64,000 nucleotides of DNA from Octopus vulgaris (lineage: Eukaryota). Numbering within the stretch: the stretch's first letter is position 1; the number at the start of each line of letters is the position of its first letter. Position numbers and translations under genes: made by a program. The notes below the pieces were generated by a model. That model was given only the letters and a program-made list of their open reading frames with translations, was not told where the DNA came from and ran no database searches. The stretch lies in assembly GCA_951406725.2 (NCBI GenBank), contig OX597817.1:160022001-160086000 (forward strand). Direction: 5' to 3'. Positions 1 to 12,484 of this stretch are shown in pieces.

Positions 1-625
1 TATTGTAAAGAATTACAAAAAAATACAAAGAAAAATAATGAAAACAACAACAACAACAACTGAAACATATCAAGAGAAATAAAAGAGAAATATAATAAAC
101 ATTTAAGAAAATAAATAACAAAAATATAAAAAAAAAAAAGCAGGGGTTTGTTTGAAATGGAAGTCAAGCTCTAACATCACTGAGTGATTTTGAAACGATA
201 TTTAGGCGGAAATAAGGTTAGAGGTTACGAATACCACAAAGTGACTGATAATGATGACCCCCCCTCTCCCCGACCCCCATCCACCCACTCCGAATCTAGG
301 AAATAAATAAATAAATAAATAAATAGGTAAAACATAACAAGGAAGTAGTGAAAAAATATAAAACCAACAACAACAACTTAGAGCTGCAGCAACAACAACA
401 ACAATAATAAATGCTTAGAAAACAACTCTTCAGTTTTGCCCTTTCTTTGGCTGACGGCTGTGTTTGTTGTTGACCAAATCTGGTTCTGCTTCAGCACAGA
501 TTATGAAGAGTTTAATGTCACAGGCAGCATGTAGCATCTCGGTAATCATGTCTCCATATTATAGTTAAATTATACATACGTACATATACATACATACATA
601 CATATACATATGTAAATATACATAC

Positions 626-660
<35 letters not shown>

Positions 661-661
<1 letters not shown>

Positions 662-1342
662 GCAGGAGTGGGTGTGTGGTTAGAAGCTTGCTTACCAATC
701 ACATAGTTCCAGGTTCAGTCCCACTGCGTGGCACCTTAGGCAAGTGTCTTCTACTATAGCCTCGGGCCAACCAAAGCCTTGTTCTGTTAACGTTTTGGCG
801 TTCAGACGAGTGTACTGGCATAGATGTGGCAACATTTGAAATTTTGTCTAGGTATATGCAGCTGATGAGGACAAATCAAATCTACGTTGTCAAACGTATT
901 TGAAGAGTCTGAAACCGGTCCTGCATTATCTGTTTCTAGGTTTTTCATTTATCAGATGTTCTTCCTAGAGGTAAGACAAATTTTTTTCATGTTTGTTGCA
1001 CACTTTGCTAGTATATACGCAGTGAAGCTATACAATAGTGTCGTATTTATTACGATCGCTATTTTCCAGTAAATATCGGTACCTCGTTGTACCATTTATT
1101 TACTTTTATATATATATGTGTGTGTGTGTGTGTGTTGGTGCTTGTGTTTGTTCCACCACCACCACCACAATCGCTTGACAACCAATGTTAGCATGTTTAT
1201 GTCCCCATAACTTAGCAGTTCAGCAAAAGAGACCGATAGAATAAGTACTAGGCTTACAAAGAATAAGTGCTGGGGTCGATTTGCTCGACTAAAGGTGGTG
1301 CTCCAGCATGGCTGCAGTCAAATGACTGAAACAGATAAAAAA
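661..1342 (+). mobile_element. tRNA-head SINE family A, interrupted at ~783-1108 by a hammerhead-bearing insert
   Basis: Head GCAGGAGTGGGTGTGTGG...GGTTCAGTCCC (A/B-box-like) then CCTTAGGCAAGTG. Tail ...GGTGCTCCAGCATGGCTGCAGTCAAATGACTGAAAC. Matches many other copies in the window. Confidence 0.85.
856..926 (+). ncRNA. Minimal type I hammerhead ribozyme motif (Penelope/retrozyme-type)
   Basis: Stem I ATGCAG(856-861)/CTGCAT(921-926). Core CTGATGA(862-868). Stem II GGAC/GTCT with an extended hairpin. GAAA(911-914). Palindromic stem III ACCGGT. GTC cleavage triplet ending at 920. Confidence 0.8.
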
Positions 1343-2523
1343 AAGCAATATATATATATATAATATCCATCTTTCATGCTGGCATGATGTGGATGGTTTG
1401 ACTGGATTGAGGATTGCATTGTGCTCCAGTGTCTGCTTTGGCATAGTCTCTGCAACTGGATGACCTTCCTAATGCTAACCACATTGCAGAGTATGCTGCA
1501 TGCTTTTATTGTGGCACCAGCACTAGTGAGGTCACCATGTAACTCACAGGACCAAGATTGCTTTCAGCTGAGTGAGGCTACATTAGAGAAGAAGGTGGCC
1601 TTATGTTAGTAGTTGAAGTTTATCTTTTACATGTTTCAGTCACTCAGGTTCTGCTTTGAAGGGTGTTGTTAAATGAATCAACCCCACTATTTTTAAGTCT
1701 GATATTTTTGCAAATGTATTATATACTGGATTCTGATGAGTTTGTGTTGAGATGTATCAATATAATCGCACCTCTTGAGTCTATAGTTGCATATGTTTAT
1801 ATAATAATAAAGCAATGCTCTTGAGTTCAAATGTTGATGAAACAAATATAACCCTATACAATAAAACAATTTGCTTACTCCACTCTCATTGTTAATATGT
1901 ATATTCTATGAATATAATAGATTTTTAGAAATATGATCTGTAAAAAAAACTGGTCATCGAAATGAAATTATACATACATACATACATACATACATGCATA
2001 TATATATATATATATATTCACACATATATATATATATATATACATACATGCATACACATATATATATGCATGTACATATATATATATAGAATATACATAT
2101 ATACATATATATGTAATTATATATATATGTATGTATATATATCCATCATTATTCTCAGACACAGTGTATGTAATATGCATTGTCTAATGCATACTTTATC
2201 TTCTCTAAGACATTAACTTGTAGTTTGAGATTTATGATTTATATGGTTGCTATTGCTAGCAGGTGATATAATGTAGAGATAGGGTCAATGACTCTTTCAC
2301 CAGTATTACCACTGCTACCACTGCCACCGCCACCACGATCATCACCACTACCATTATAGTAACAGCAACAATGATAACAACAAGTAATGAGATGTAGTAA
2401 TGTTTGTCCATTAAAGCAAAATAGTGGAACATATCAGTGCAGGTGGGAATCTACGAGTTATGATTCTTCAAATCTGTATTTATGACTATAGGCAATTCTG
2501 CAATTGTAGATTGATAGACACGT

Positions 2524-3270
2524 GCATACACATAAATACACGCACATACACATATGCATACACACAAATACACACACATACACATATGCATACACACAAA
2601 TACACACACATACACATATGCATACACACAAATACACACACATACACATATGCATACACACAAATACACACACATACACATATGCATACACACAAATACA
2701 CACACATACACATATGCATACACACAAATACACACACATACACATATGCATACACACAAATACACACACATACACATATGCATACACACAAATACACACA
2801 CATACACATATGCATACACACAAATACACACACATACACATATGCATACACACAAATACACACACATACACATATGCATACACACAAATACACACACATA
2901 CACATATGCATACACACAAATACACGCACATACACATATGCATACACACAAATACACACACATACACATATGCATACACACAAATACACACACATACACA
3001 TATGCATACACACAAATACACACACATACACATATGCATACACACAAATACACACACATACACATATGCATACACACAAATACACACACATACACATATG
3101 CATACACACAAATACACACACATACACATATGCATACACACAAATACACACACATACACATATGCATACACACAAATACACACACATACACATATGCATA
3201 CACACAAATACACACACATACACATATGCATACACACAAATACACACACATACACATATGCATACACACA
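2524..3270. repeat. 32-bp minisatellite, ~23 near-identical copies
   Basis: Unit TGCATACACACAAATACACACACATACACATA. Produces the 32-aa periodic ORFs in all six frames. Confidence 0.95.
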
Positions 3271-3681
3271 TACACTTATACATGTACACGCACTCAGATA
3301 CGTGCAAACATGTTATATACACTTAAAAATATGTTGCATAAATAAATGGATGCATGCTTGCATGCAGTAGCAGTAAAAAGCAAGAGGAAGAAAGTATATT
3401 GAGAGAAGGAAAGTGAGTGAGAAAAGGAGAGAGAGAGGGAGGAAGAAGTGATGTGGGAGAGAATGAATAAAGATGAAAAGAAAAGAGAAAAAATTTAGAG
3501 AGAGAGAAAGAGAGAGAAAATAGAAGATGGTGAGAAAAAGTGGAAACAAACAAACAAACATGATGGACAGAAAACTGAGAGAGAAAGAGAGGAGTGAGGA
3601 GAAATGGCACAAAAGAAGGGGAACTACAAGACACTGGCTGTGAAACAAAGGGAGATATGTGACTCTGTGCATGTGTATATG

Positions 3682-3730
<49 letters not shown>

Positions 3731-3754
3731 GTATGTATGTATATATATGTATAT

Positions 3755-4321
3755 GTCGGTGACACATAAGAAAACACCATCCGAGCGTGGCCGTCTGCCA
3801 GCCTCGTCTGGCACCTGTGTCGGTGGCACATAAAAAACACCATCCGAGCGTGGCCGTCTGCCAGCCTCGTCTGGCACCTGTGTCGGTGGCACATAAAAAC
3901 ACCATCCGAGCGTGGCCGTCTGCCAGCCTCGTCTGGCACCTGTGTCGGTGGCACATAAAAAACACCATCCGAGCGTGGCCGTCCGCCAGCCTCATCTGGC
4001 ACCTGTGTCGGTGGCACATAAAAACACCATCCGAGCATGGCCGTCTGCCAGCCTCGTCTGGCACCTGTGTCGGTGGCACATAAAAAACACCATCCGAGCG
4101 TGGCCGTCTGCCAGCCTCGTCTGGCACCTGTGTCGGTGGCACATAAAATCACCCACTACACTCTCGGAGTGGTTGGCGTTAGGAAGGGCATCCAGCTGTA
4201 GAAACACTGCCACATCTGACTGGCCTGGTGCAGCCTTCGGGCTTCCCAGACCCCAGTTGAACCGTCCAACCCATGCTAGCATGGAAAGCGGACGTTAAAC
4301 GATGATGATGATGATGATGAT
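3755..4321 (+). mobile_element. GAT-tailed RTE-linked SINE-like element (family E) with a 5' array of six 62/63-bp units
   Basis: Units start at 3777, 3840, 3902, 3965, 4027 and 4090. Body GAGTGGTTGGCGTTAGGAAGGGCATCCAG...CCCATGCTAGCATGGAAAGCGGACGTTAAAC ends in (GAT)n. Confidence 0.85.
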
Positions 4322-4679
4322 ATATATATATATATATATGCATACATACATATATATATATATTCATGCATACATACATACACACACAGAAACATGCACA
4401 CATAGATACTGGGGCATGGAACTTACTACTGAACTTAATCTTTGGTTAGGTGTCATACTTCACAGTGCCTTTGTTCAATATATATATATATATATACATA
4501 TAAATTCTTCCTATGACCTTAAACGATACTAAGCCCAACTACACACATAGATAAACAGCTACAACCATACACACACACACATGCTATCATTATACACACA
4601 CACACACACACACATGCTATCATTACACACACACACACAAACCTGCGACACGCCCATACCCACAAATACACACACATAT

Positions 4680-4954
4680 CTCCTTCTCTTGCACTCTCCT
4701 GTCTTTGAAAGAACTTTTTCTTCACCCATTCCTTTCCGGTCATTCAATATGTGACCGTGTGTGTATCGTTGGTGATTTTCTTTCTCCGTCTTCCCTTCCT
4801 TGGACCTTTCCTTTTTCTCTGTGCCTGACGAAGAGCTCTGCTCGAAACGTTTAATCCTCCTTCTTTCTTTCCTTTCCTGAGTGTCCAATAACACTATACT
4901 TGTTCCACGTCCTCACGTTGTTGTGTTTTCTCTTTGTGTTTTCATGTTTGGATT

Positions 4955-4958
<4 letters not shown>
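4680..4958 (+). mobile_element. Short Penelope-like/retrozyme-like repeat with a hammerhead-like core
   Basis: CTGACGA-A-GAGC-TCT-GCTC-GAAACGTT at 4825-4851. Homologous copy at 19870-20065. Both end in (TA)n. Confidence 0.55.
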
Positions 4959-5003
<45 letters not shown>

Positions 5004-5077
5004 TATGTATATACATATATATGTATATATATATATACATATATATGTATATATATATATATACATATGTGTGTGTG

Positions 5078-5117
<40 letters not shown>

Positions 5118-5199
5118 CATACATACACACACACATTTATGTATATCTCAGTGTGTGTGTATCTTCTTTGTCCTTTTTCTGTTGATAGGCAACAGTATT

Positions 5200-5530
5200 G
5201 CAGAAGTAGTAACTTTTTCACTTCTTATGCCTGATTCCTTCATTTGTGCCTTTCAAGCTTGGTATCTTCTAAACATGGTTTTTGACACTAACTGCACTAG
5301 AGCAATGCTGAGGCAGAAATGTCTACCACTTTTGTGCATACATTTTTGTCTTGCCTCCTTGGCATGTTCAGTGCTAACATCTGCAAAAGCTTTGGCTTCT
5401 CTGTACCCGGCTGATTTCCACTTGCTATGGTCCTTTACTGACTCTTCCCATTTTCCTTCATTAAAAGGGTTCTCCTTCTGGATAATTTTTTACATTGGTC
5501 CTTAAAGCATAACTTTGGAATCCTTTGCTC
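5200..5530 (-). pseudogene. Degenerate RTE-clade LINE ORF C-terminus
   Basis: Minus strand reads, with frameshifts, KLCFKDQCK...NEGKWEESVKDHSKWKSAGYREAKAF...EHAKEARQK. This resembles the RTE/BovB C-terminal 'KLRFKD..K...WE..A.DR..WR' pattern. Confidence 0.6.
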
Positions 5531-5582
5531 CTTATGTATATGTATGTGTGAATAAGTGAGCAGAAAAAAGAAAGTAGTACCC

Positions 5583-6642
5583 AACACATTTGGTTAGAGT
5601 TACACCTATTTAGTAACAGTTTACTCGGCTCCACATTACTTTGTGTTTCATGGGTGTAGGACGTCCATCTCATCAGATGTTTGGAGCGCAAAGAATTTCA
5701 AAGAAATTTTAAATAGCTTCTATACCCCATATGATAAATAATATTGCTAAAGTACCTCAGTCTATAGAATGATGGTTAATTGATGCCAGCATCTTGTTTT
5801 ACTATTGTACAATATCCATTGAAAACAACTGATGTCCTTAATGCTAGAACACATTTGGTTAGAGTTACACCTATTTAGTAACAGTTTACTTGGCTCCACA
5901 TTACTTTGTGTTTCATGGGTGTAGGACGTCCATCTCATCAGATGTTTGGAGCACAAAGAATTTCAAAGAAATTTTAAATAGCTTCTATACCCCATATGAT
6001 AAATAATATTGCTAAAGTACCTCAGTCTATAGAATGATGGTTAATTGATGCCAGCATCTTGTTTTACTATTGTACAATATCCATTGAAAACAACTGATGT
6101 CCTTAATGCTAGAACACATTTGGTTAGAGTTACACCTATTTAGTAACAGTTTACTTGGCTCCACATTACTTTGTGTTTCATGGGTGTAGGACGTCCATCT
6201 CATCAGATGTTTGGAGCACAAAGAATTTCAAAGAAATTTTAAATAGCTTCTATACCCCATATGATAAATAATATTGCTAAAGTACCTCAGTCTATAGACT
6301 GATGGTTAATTGATGCCAGCATCTTGTCTTACTATTGTACAATATCCATTGAAAACAACTGATGTCCTTAATGCTAGAACACATTTGGTTAGAGTTACAC
6401 CTATTTAGTAACAGTTTACTTGGCTCCACATTACTTTGTGTTTCATGGGTGTAGGACGTCCATCTCATCAGATGTTTGGAGCACAAAGAATTTCAAAGAA
6501 ATTTTAAATAGCTTCTATACCCCATATGATAAATAATATTGCTAAAGTACCTCAGTCTATAGAATGATGGTTAATTGATGCCAGCATCTTGTCTTACTAT
6601 TGTACAATATCCATTGAAAACAACTGATGTCCTTAATGCTAG
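5583..6642. repeat. 265-bp tandem repeat, 4 near-identical copies
   Basis: AACACATTTGGTTAGAG starts at 5583, 5848, 6113 and 6378. Only a few substitutions between copies. Confidence 0.97.
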
Positions 6643-7069
6643 CAAAGTGATGCCAGCATCTTGTCTGCAATACATGGACCTAATAATAAAATAACTAATG
6701 TCACTGTCATTGCAAAAGCAATCACATGACTTAATCTGACCAATAGAGACCTAAATGCATTGAAGCCATTTAAAATTTCTCTAAAATTCACTCCACTCTC
6801 TCTCTCAACAATTGTTGAGAGAAATGTGTCCCACATGCAAGAAATTTTAATGTGGAGCCGAAAGCATTCTTAGTCTTGTGAGTTACTGTTAATATTTTAT
6901 ACCTGTGTTGTATGGTATTTTTTCAATCACTATGTGTGTATGCGTATGTGTGTGTGTACTTCTATATGCATACGTTTGTGAATATAATGATTATGGTGAT
7001 GATGATGATCATCGTGTATATATATATATATATATATATAGTTAAGCAAGTAAAAGAGTAAAAGAGTAT

Positions 7070-7233
7070 ATCATCATCATCATCATCGTTTAACGTCCGT
7101 TTTCCATGCTAGCATGGGTTGGACGGTTTGACTGGGGTCTGGGAAGCCAGGAGCCTTCACCAGGCTCCAGTCTGATCTAGCAATGTTTCTACGGCTGGAT
7201 GCCCTTCCTAACGCCAACCACTCCATGAGTGTA

Positions 7234-7237
<4 letters not shown>
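7070..7237 (-). mobile_element. Family E element, 3' fragment
   Basis: (ATC)n-GTTTAACGTCCGTTTTCCATGCTAGCATGGG...CCTTCCTAACGCCAACCACTC is the reverse complement of the 4150-4321 body. Confidence 0.85.
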
Positions 7238-7282
<45 letters not shown>

Positions 7283-7289
7283 TATATAC

Positions 7290-7720
7290 ACTCTTTTACT
7301 TGTTTCAGTCATTTGACTGTGGCCATGCTGGAGCACCACCTTTAGTCGAACAAATCAACCCCAGGACTTATTCTTTGTAAACCTAGTATTTATTCTATTG
7401 GTGTCTTTTGCAAAACTGTTAAGTTACAGAGATGTAAACACACCAACATTGGTTGACAAGTGATGGTGGTGGTGGTGGGGGAGACAAACACAGACACACA
7501 AATACATACATATAAATACACACACACACACACACACACATTATATAAATACACACAATGGGCTTCTTTCAGTTTCCGTCTACCAAATCCACTCACAAGG
7601 CTTTGGTTGGCCTGAGGTTATAGTAGAAGACACTTGCCCAATATACCACACAGTGGGACTGAACCTGGAACCATGTGGCTGGGAAGCAAACTTCTTACCA
7701 CACAGCCACTCCTGTACCTA
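7290..7720 (-). mobile_element. SINE family A, full length
   Basis: Reverse complement of family A head and tail, with the internal (CA)n tract. Confidence 0.9.
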
Positions 7721-7721
7721 T

Positions 7722-7951
7722 GTTTTGTTTTGTTTTTGTTTTTCCAGTTTCAGCTCTTGAGCTGTGGCCATGCTGGGGCACCGCCATTGTGGTGAAAGAG
7801 TACAGCAGGGATCACCACCCCCTGCCGGAGCCTCGTAGAGCTTTTAGGTGTTTTCGCTCAATAAACACACACAACGCCCGGTCTGAGAATCGAAACCGCG
7901 ATCCTGCGACCGCGAGTCCGCTGCCCTAACCACTAGGCCATTGCGCCTCTA
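7722..7951 (-). mobile_element. tRNA-head SINE family D (probably octopus OR-type)
   Basis: Minus strand GAGGCGCAATGGCCTAGTGGTTAGGGCAGCGGACTCGCGG...GGTTTCGATTCTC (A and B boxes). Tail GGCGGTGCCCCAGCATGGCC...GAAAC-(AAAAC)n. Confidence 0.85.
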
Positions 7952-8596
7952 CTAAAAGTTGTGCCCCAGGCTGTTCATAAATTATCTTTACTACTTCCAC
8001 AATTTATCGTATTATATTGTCTAGATGTGTTGCATGCAACCAATGGAGTCCATATACAAATGTTCTGATGTTTATAATAAAACTTTATTTGTTTCTCAAT
8101 AAACTTTGCTGAGTCATCCTTTTTTTCTGAATTTTCAAATTGTAAAGGTAATTTATGGACACCCAATATGTATAGACATGTATGTGTGTGTATGTTGTTC
8201 TGTCAGCTGTAAAATCTTCTGTGTAATTAGCCGAGTATTCCACTGGCATGTGTACTCTTAATGCAATTCTCAGGCAGAATCATTGTGGCATAGAGTACAA
8301 CAAAGGTGTACCTATTGAATTACAGGTACAAATATGTTTGACTCAGCTCCACATTAAGGTTTCGTGAATGTAGGACACATCCATCTCTTCAGATGTCCAT
8401 AGATAAAGAAGGGTGATGCATTCATGGTATTTAGGCTTCTGTTGGTCAGATTATGTCATGTGGTTGGCAACAGAAGAAGCCATCCAGTCATAGAAAATCT
8501 GCCCCGGCAATTTCTGTCCAACACACATTGCATGAAAAAGTGAATGTTAAACTGATGATGATGATGATGGTGATGGTGATGATGATGATGATGATG

Positions 8597-8671
<75 letters not shown>

Positions 8672-9554
8672 TGTGTGTGTATGTGTATATACACACACAT
8701 AGCTGCAGTCTAAATACCGAAAAAAGTAAAAGAATAAGAGACATATATCTATGTATGTCTATATATATATATATATATGCAAGTATATATAAGTAAAAAT
8801 GTATGTGTGTGTATGTATGTATGTATGTATGTATGTATGTATGTATGTATGTATGTATGTGTCTGTTTGACTGTCTGTCTGTCTGTCTGTCTGTCTGTAT
8901 GTATGTATGTATGTATGTATGTATGTATGTATGTATGTATGTATGTATGCATCTTAGAGAAAGAGTGAGAGTGGGGAGAGCAAGAGTGGAGGAGTGAGCT
9001 GTATGTGTTAGATAGTAGAGTGAATCTGAAATATCAGAATATGAGTAAAAGATGAACACAGAGAGAAAGAAGTGGGAGTGTGACTGACAGATTAAAAAAA
9101 AAAAAATTCACACACATGCTCAAACTCAGACATAGAGAAAGGAGATAAGAGAAGGAGATAAAAGAGAGAGAGAGAAGGGCAGTGGTGGATGCAACGTACA
9201 TACAGCCACTCATCGTACATGCTTTGTAGTTTCACTTTCACTCTTACTGCAGCTGCACTCAGTGCGTTCAAAGACCATATTGTCAGCATCACGTGCAACC
9301 AGCTTGAATGATGTCCAATGTGGTGTTTGAATCTCAACCCGAGCTGTTTGTTCTTGTGGATAGATATACTCTGCCCTGCTAACCATTTCCATACACATAC
9401 ATACTTAGACATATACATACATATTTATAGACATATACATATATATATATATATGTATACACACATATATGCACATATATATATATATATATAGATAGAT
9501 AGATAGATAGATAGATATAGATATAGATATAGATATATGTATATATATCATATG

Positions 9555-9631
<77 letters not shown>

Positions 9632-10035
9632 GAGAGAGAGAGAGAGAGAGAGAGAGATATAGATATAGATATAGATATACATATACATATATATCATATA
9701 TACATACACGCATACATATATATAATCATATATATCATATATACATACATGCTTACATATATATATATACATACACAATACACCCACAGAAGTTGTTGTT
9801 TTTTTTGTTATGGACTTATGGCCACTTTGTTCTGTTAGTTACTGCAATGCTCATGCATATACAGGAACATATATACGTACATATATACTCACGTATCTAC
9901 ATACATTAATTCATTCCACTGCACACAAGTTGTTTGTTCTTGTGACCACTTTGTGCTGTTAGCCATTGCTGATGCATATGCATACATACTTGTACACATA
10001 CACATAGCATTATATACACTCACACACATTTAGAG

Positions 10036-10078
10036 ATGCACATTCATGCTTCCCTCTCTCTCTCTATCTCTTTCTCTC

Positions 10079-10127
<49 letters not shown>

Positions 10128-10214
10128 CCTCTACATTTGTCTCCCTCATATATGCTTCCATAGTCTCTATAGTTTCTCTTTCTCCCTCACTGGCATACAC
10201 ATTCTCTGTCTGTT

Positions 10215-10274
<60 letters not shown>

Positions 10275-10365
10275 TCTCTCTCTTTCCTCCTCTCTATTTG
10301 TCTCCCTCATACATGCTTCCAAAGTCTCTATAGTTTCTCTTTCTCCCTTACAGGCATACACATTC

Positions 10366-10399
<34 letters not shown>

Positions 10400-10453
10400 A
10401 CACACATTCCCTCTCTGTTTCTCTCTCTCTCTCACACACACACATTCCCTCTC

Positions 10454-10496
<43 letters not shown>

Positions 10497-10543
10497 TTCC
10501 CTCTCTGTTTCTCTCTCTCTCTCACACACACACATTCCCTCTC

Positions 10544-10586
<43 letters not shown>

Positions 10587-10890
10587 TTCCCTCTCTGTTT
10601 CTCTCTCTCTCTCTCCCTCTCCGTCTTTATCTCTCTTTTTCACTTCCTCACAGCCTCACTCTTACATGTACATACTCACTATCTTATACACAAACACTTT
10701 CTCACATACACACAACTCACTCTCTCTTTCTCATACATGCACACACACACACACACACACACACTCCTTTTGCATACTCACTCTCTTTCTCAGACACACA
10801 GCACACTCTTTCTCATATACCCATATACACACAGTCTCCTTTTCGCTCACACACACATACTGTTTCTCATATGCACACACACACACAATC
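10036..10890. repeat. CT/CA compound low-complexity tract with local duplications
   Basis: Repeated CACATTCCCTCTCTGTTTCTCTC blocks and a duplicated AGTCTCTATAGTTTCTCTTTCTCCCT segment. Confidence 0.85.
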
Positions 10891-10929
10891 TAACTTTTAT
10901 ACATGCACCCTCTCTCTTTCCCATATATA

Positions 10930-11440
10930 CCGTAAATCCTAGAGCATAATCCGCACTTTTTCCCCAAAATTTAAAGGTCAAAATCCCTAGTGCGTACTAT
11001 ATATGAGGTTAAAAATGAAAATTATTTTCTATGTAATGTCCGAGTTTCTATTTGCTGTCCAGCAATGTTTATTCAGACGCATTTTGTGATGTCGGGCGCG
11101 AAAATACCTTAAGCTAAGCCTGAAAGCAATGAAGTCATAAAAGAATCATCCATAACTTGCAGTAAGCAACATTTATTAAACGTTATTACTGTTATTTCTT
11201 TATTTTCTGCAAACAAAATGCACAAAAAGCTACACGTTTGCATTATGTTATATATACAATAATAATAAAGGACGTTACCATATACATTTTTACAAACCAT
11301 GGATGGTATATAGACCTTCTTGACTCATGTTAGAGAAGGGGTGCGTATTATACACAAGGTTTAGGTATTTCAGAGGTACAGCCCCCTAAAAATCTCCTCC
11401 GTATTATACTCAAGGGCAGACTATACTTGAGGATTTACGG
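10930..11440 (+). mobile_element. Tc1/mariner-superfamily MITE with Tc2/pogo-like CCGTA termini, copy 1
   Basis: TIRs CCGTAAATCCTAGAGCATAATCCGC / GCAGACTATACTTGAGGATTTACGG, TA on both sides, 511 bp, non-coding. Confidence 0.9.
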
Positions 11441-11862
11441 TATACACTTTCTTGCTTTCTCACACACACACACACACACACACACCTTTCTCATAAACAC
11501 ACACATACATTTTCTTTCTTTCTTTTTGTAGTCACGTGCACATGTTCTCTCTTTCTTAGGTGCACACTCTCTCTTTCTCATATTCACACACACCCTCTCT
11601 TTTGCATGCATAAATGCACACAAACACACACCTGCACACACACACACACTCTCCCTTTCTCTTTCACACACACATATACAAGCACACCCATTGTCCCTCT
11701 CTTTCTTACTTCGCTCCAAGTCTCACTCAGAAACCTCAAATAACAGCAAGCTGGACATTTTAGCTTGAGTGTTGTTTAAGATCAACAATGATGCATTAAA
11801 TGGAAAGGGGACCAGAATCTGAGAACTAAAATTCTGTTAATTTTGTAGTATTTCATTCAGTT

Positions 11863-12075
11863 AAGACAGCAAAGTGGCAGAATCATTAACTTGCCTAGCA
11901 AAATGTTTAGCAGCATTTCATCCACCTTCATGTTCTGAGTTCAAATTCTGCTGAGGTTTATTTTACCTTTCATCATTTGGGGGATTGATAAAATAAGTAT
12001 CAGTTGAGTATTGGTGTTGATGTATTCGACTCATCCCCTCCCCTGAAACTGCTGGTCTTGTGCCAAAATTTGAAA
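11863..12075 (+). mobile_element. Nin-domain-like SINE family B (degenerate)
   Basis: GAGTTCAAATTC B-box-like motif followed by CCTTTCATC...GATAAAATAAGTATCAG. Confidence 0.75.
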
Positions 12076-12090
12076 CCATCATCATCATCA

Positions 12091-12131
<41 letters not shown>

Positions 12132-12133
<2 letters not shown>

Positions 12134-12333
12134 TTTTTTTTTCTTCTTTCAAATTTGCTTCCATTTCTTGCCGAGTGTCTTCCCGACTCCTAGGGCAAAG
12201 AAACTCATAGTATACATTGGTAGGCCATTAAACCAAACTCAGTAGTTCGTTCATTTTTTTTTTTTTAAAGTTAAATTAAAATACATGAGCAGCAACAGTT
12301 CTCACATCGACAATGCTCTTCTCAATACGTGTG

Positions 12334-12334
<1 letters not shown>
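12132..12334 (-). mobile_element. Dong/R4-clade LINE, 5'-truncated 3' end inside (TAA)n
   Basis: Near-identical to the reverse complement of 23907-24118. Encodes SHVLRRALSM*. (TTA)n on both sides. Confidence 0.85.
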
Positions 12335-12382
<48 letters not shown>

Positions 12383-12400
12383 GTTATTATTATTATTATA

Positions 12401-12468
<68 letters not shown>

Positions 12469-12484
12469 CATTGTTATTATTATT

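Noticed and set aside
434-541. Unique segment ending in a possible donor (CG|GTAATC) after an A-rich leader
   Set aside because: All three plus-strand frames contain stops and the donor is weak. A UTR exon cannot be excluded but is unsupported.
1728-1855. CTGATGA...GAAAC hammerhead-like spacing
   Set aside because: Stems I, II and III cannot be paired convincingly. At best a heavily decayed relic.
2424-3370. Six overlapping 260-300 aa ORFs rich in His/Thr/Tyr or Cys/Val
   Set aside because: Translation of a stop-free 32-bp CA-rich minisatellite. Open in all frames, with no sign of real coding.
3755-4148. CRISPR-like appearance of regular repeats (also 46058-46447, 51393-51802, 59820-60551)
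   Set aside because: Units are contiguous with no unique spacers, no cas genes are present, and the context is eukaryotic SINE DNA.
9210-9398. 62-aa non-repetitive minus-strand ORF
   Set aside because: Starts in a microsatellite, has no recognisable domain and no clear splice sites.
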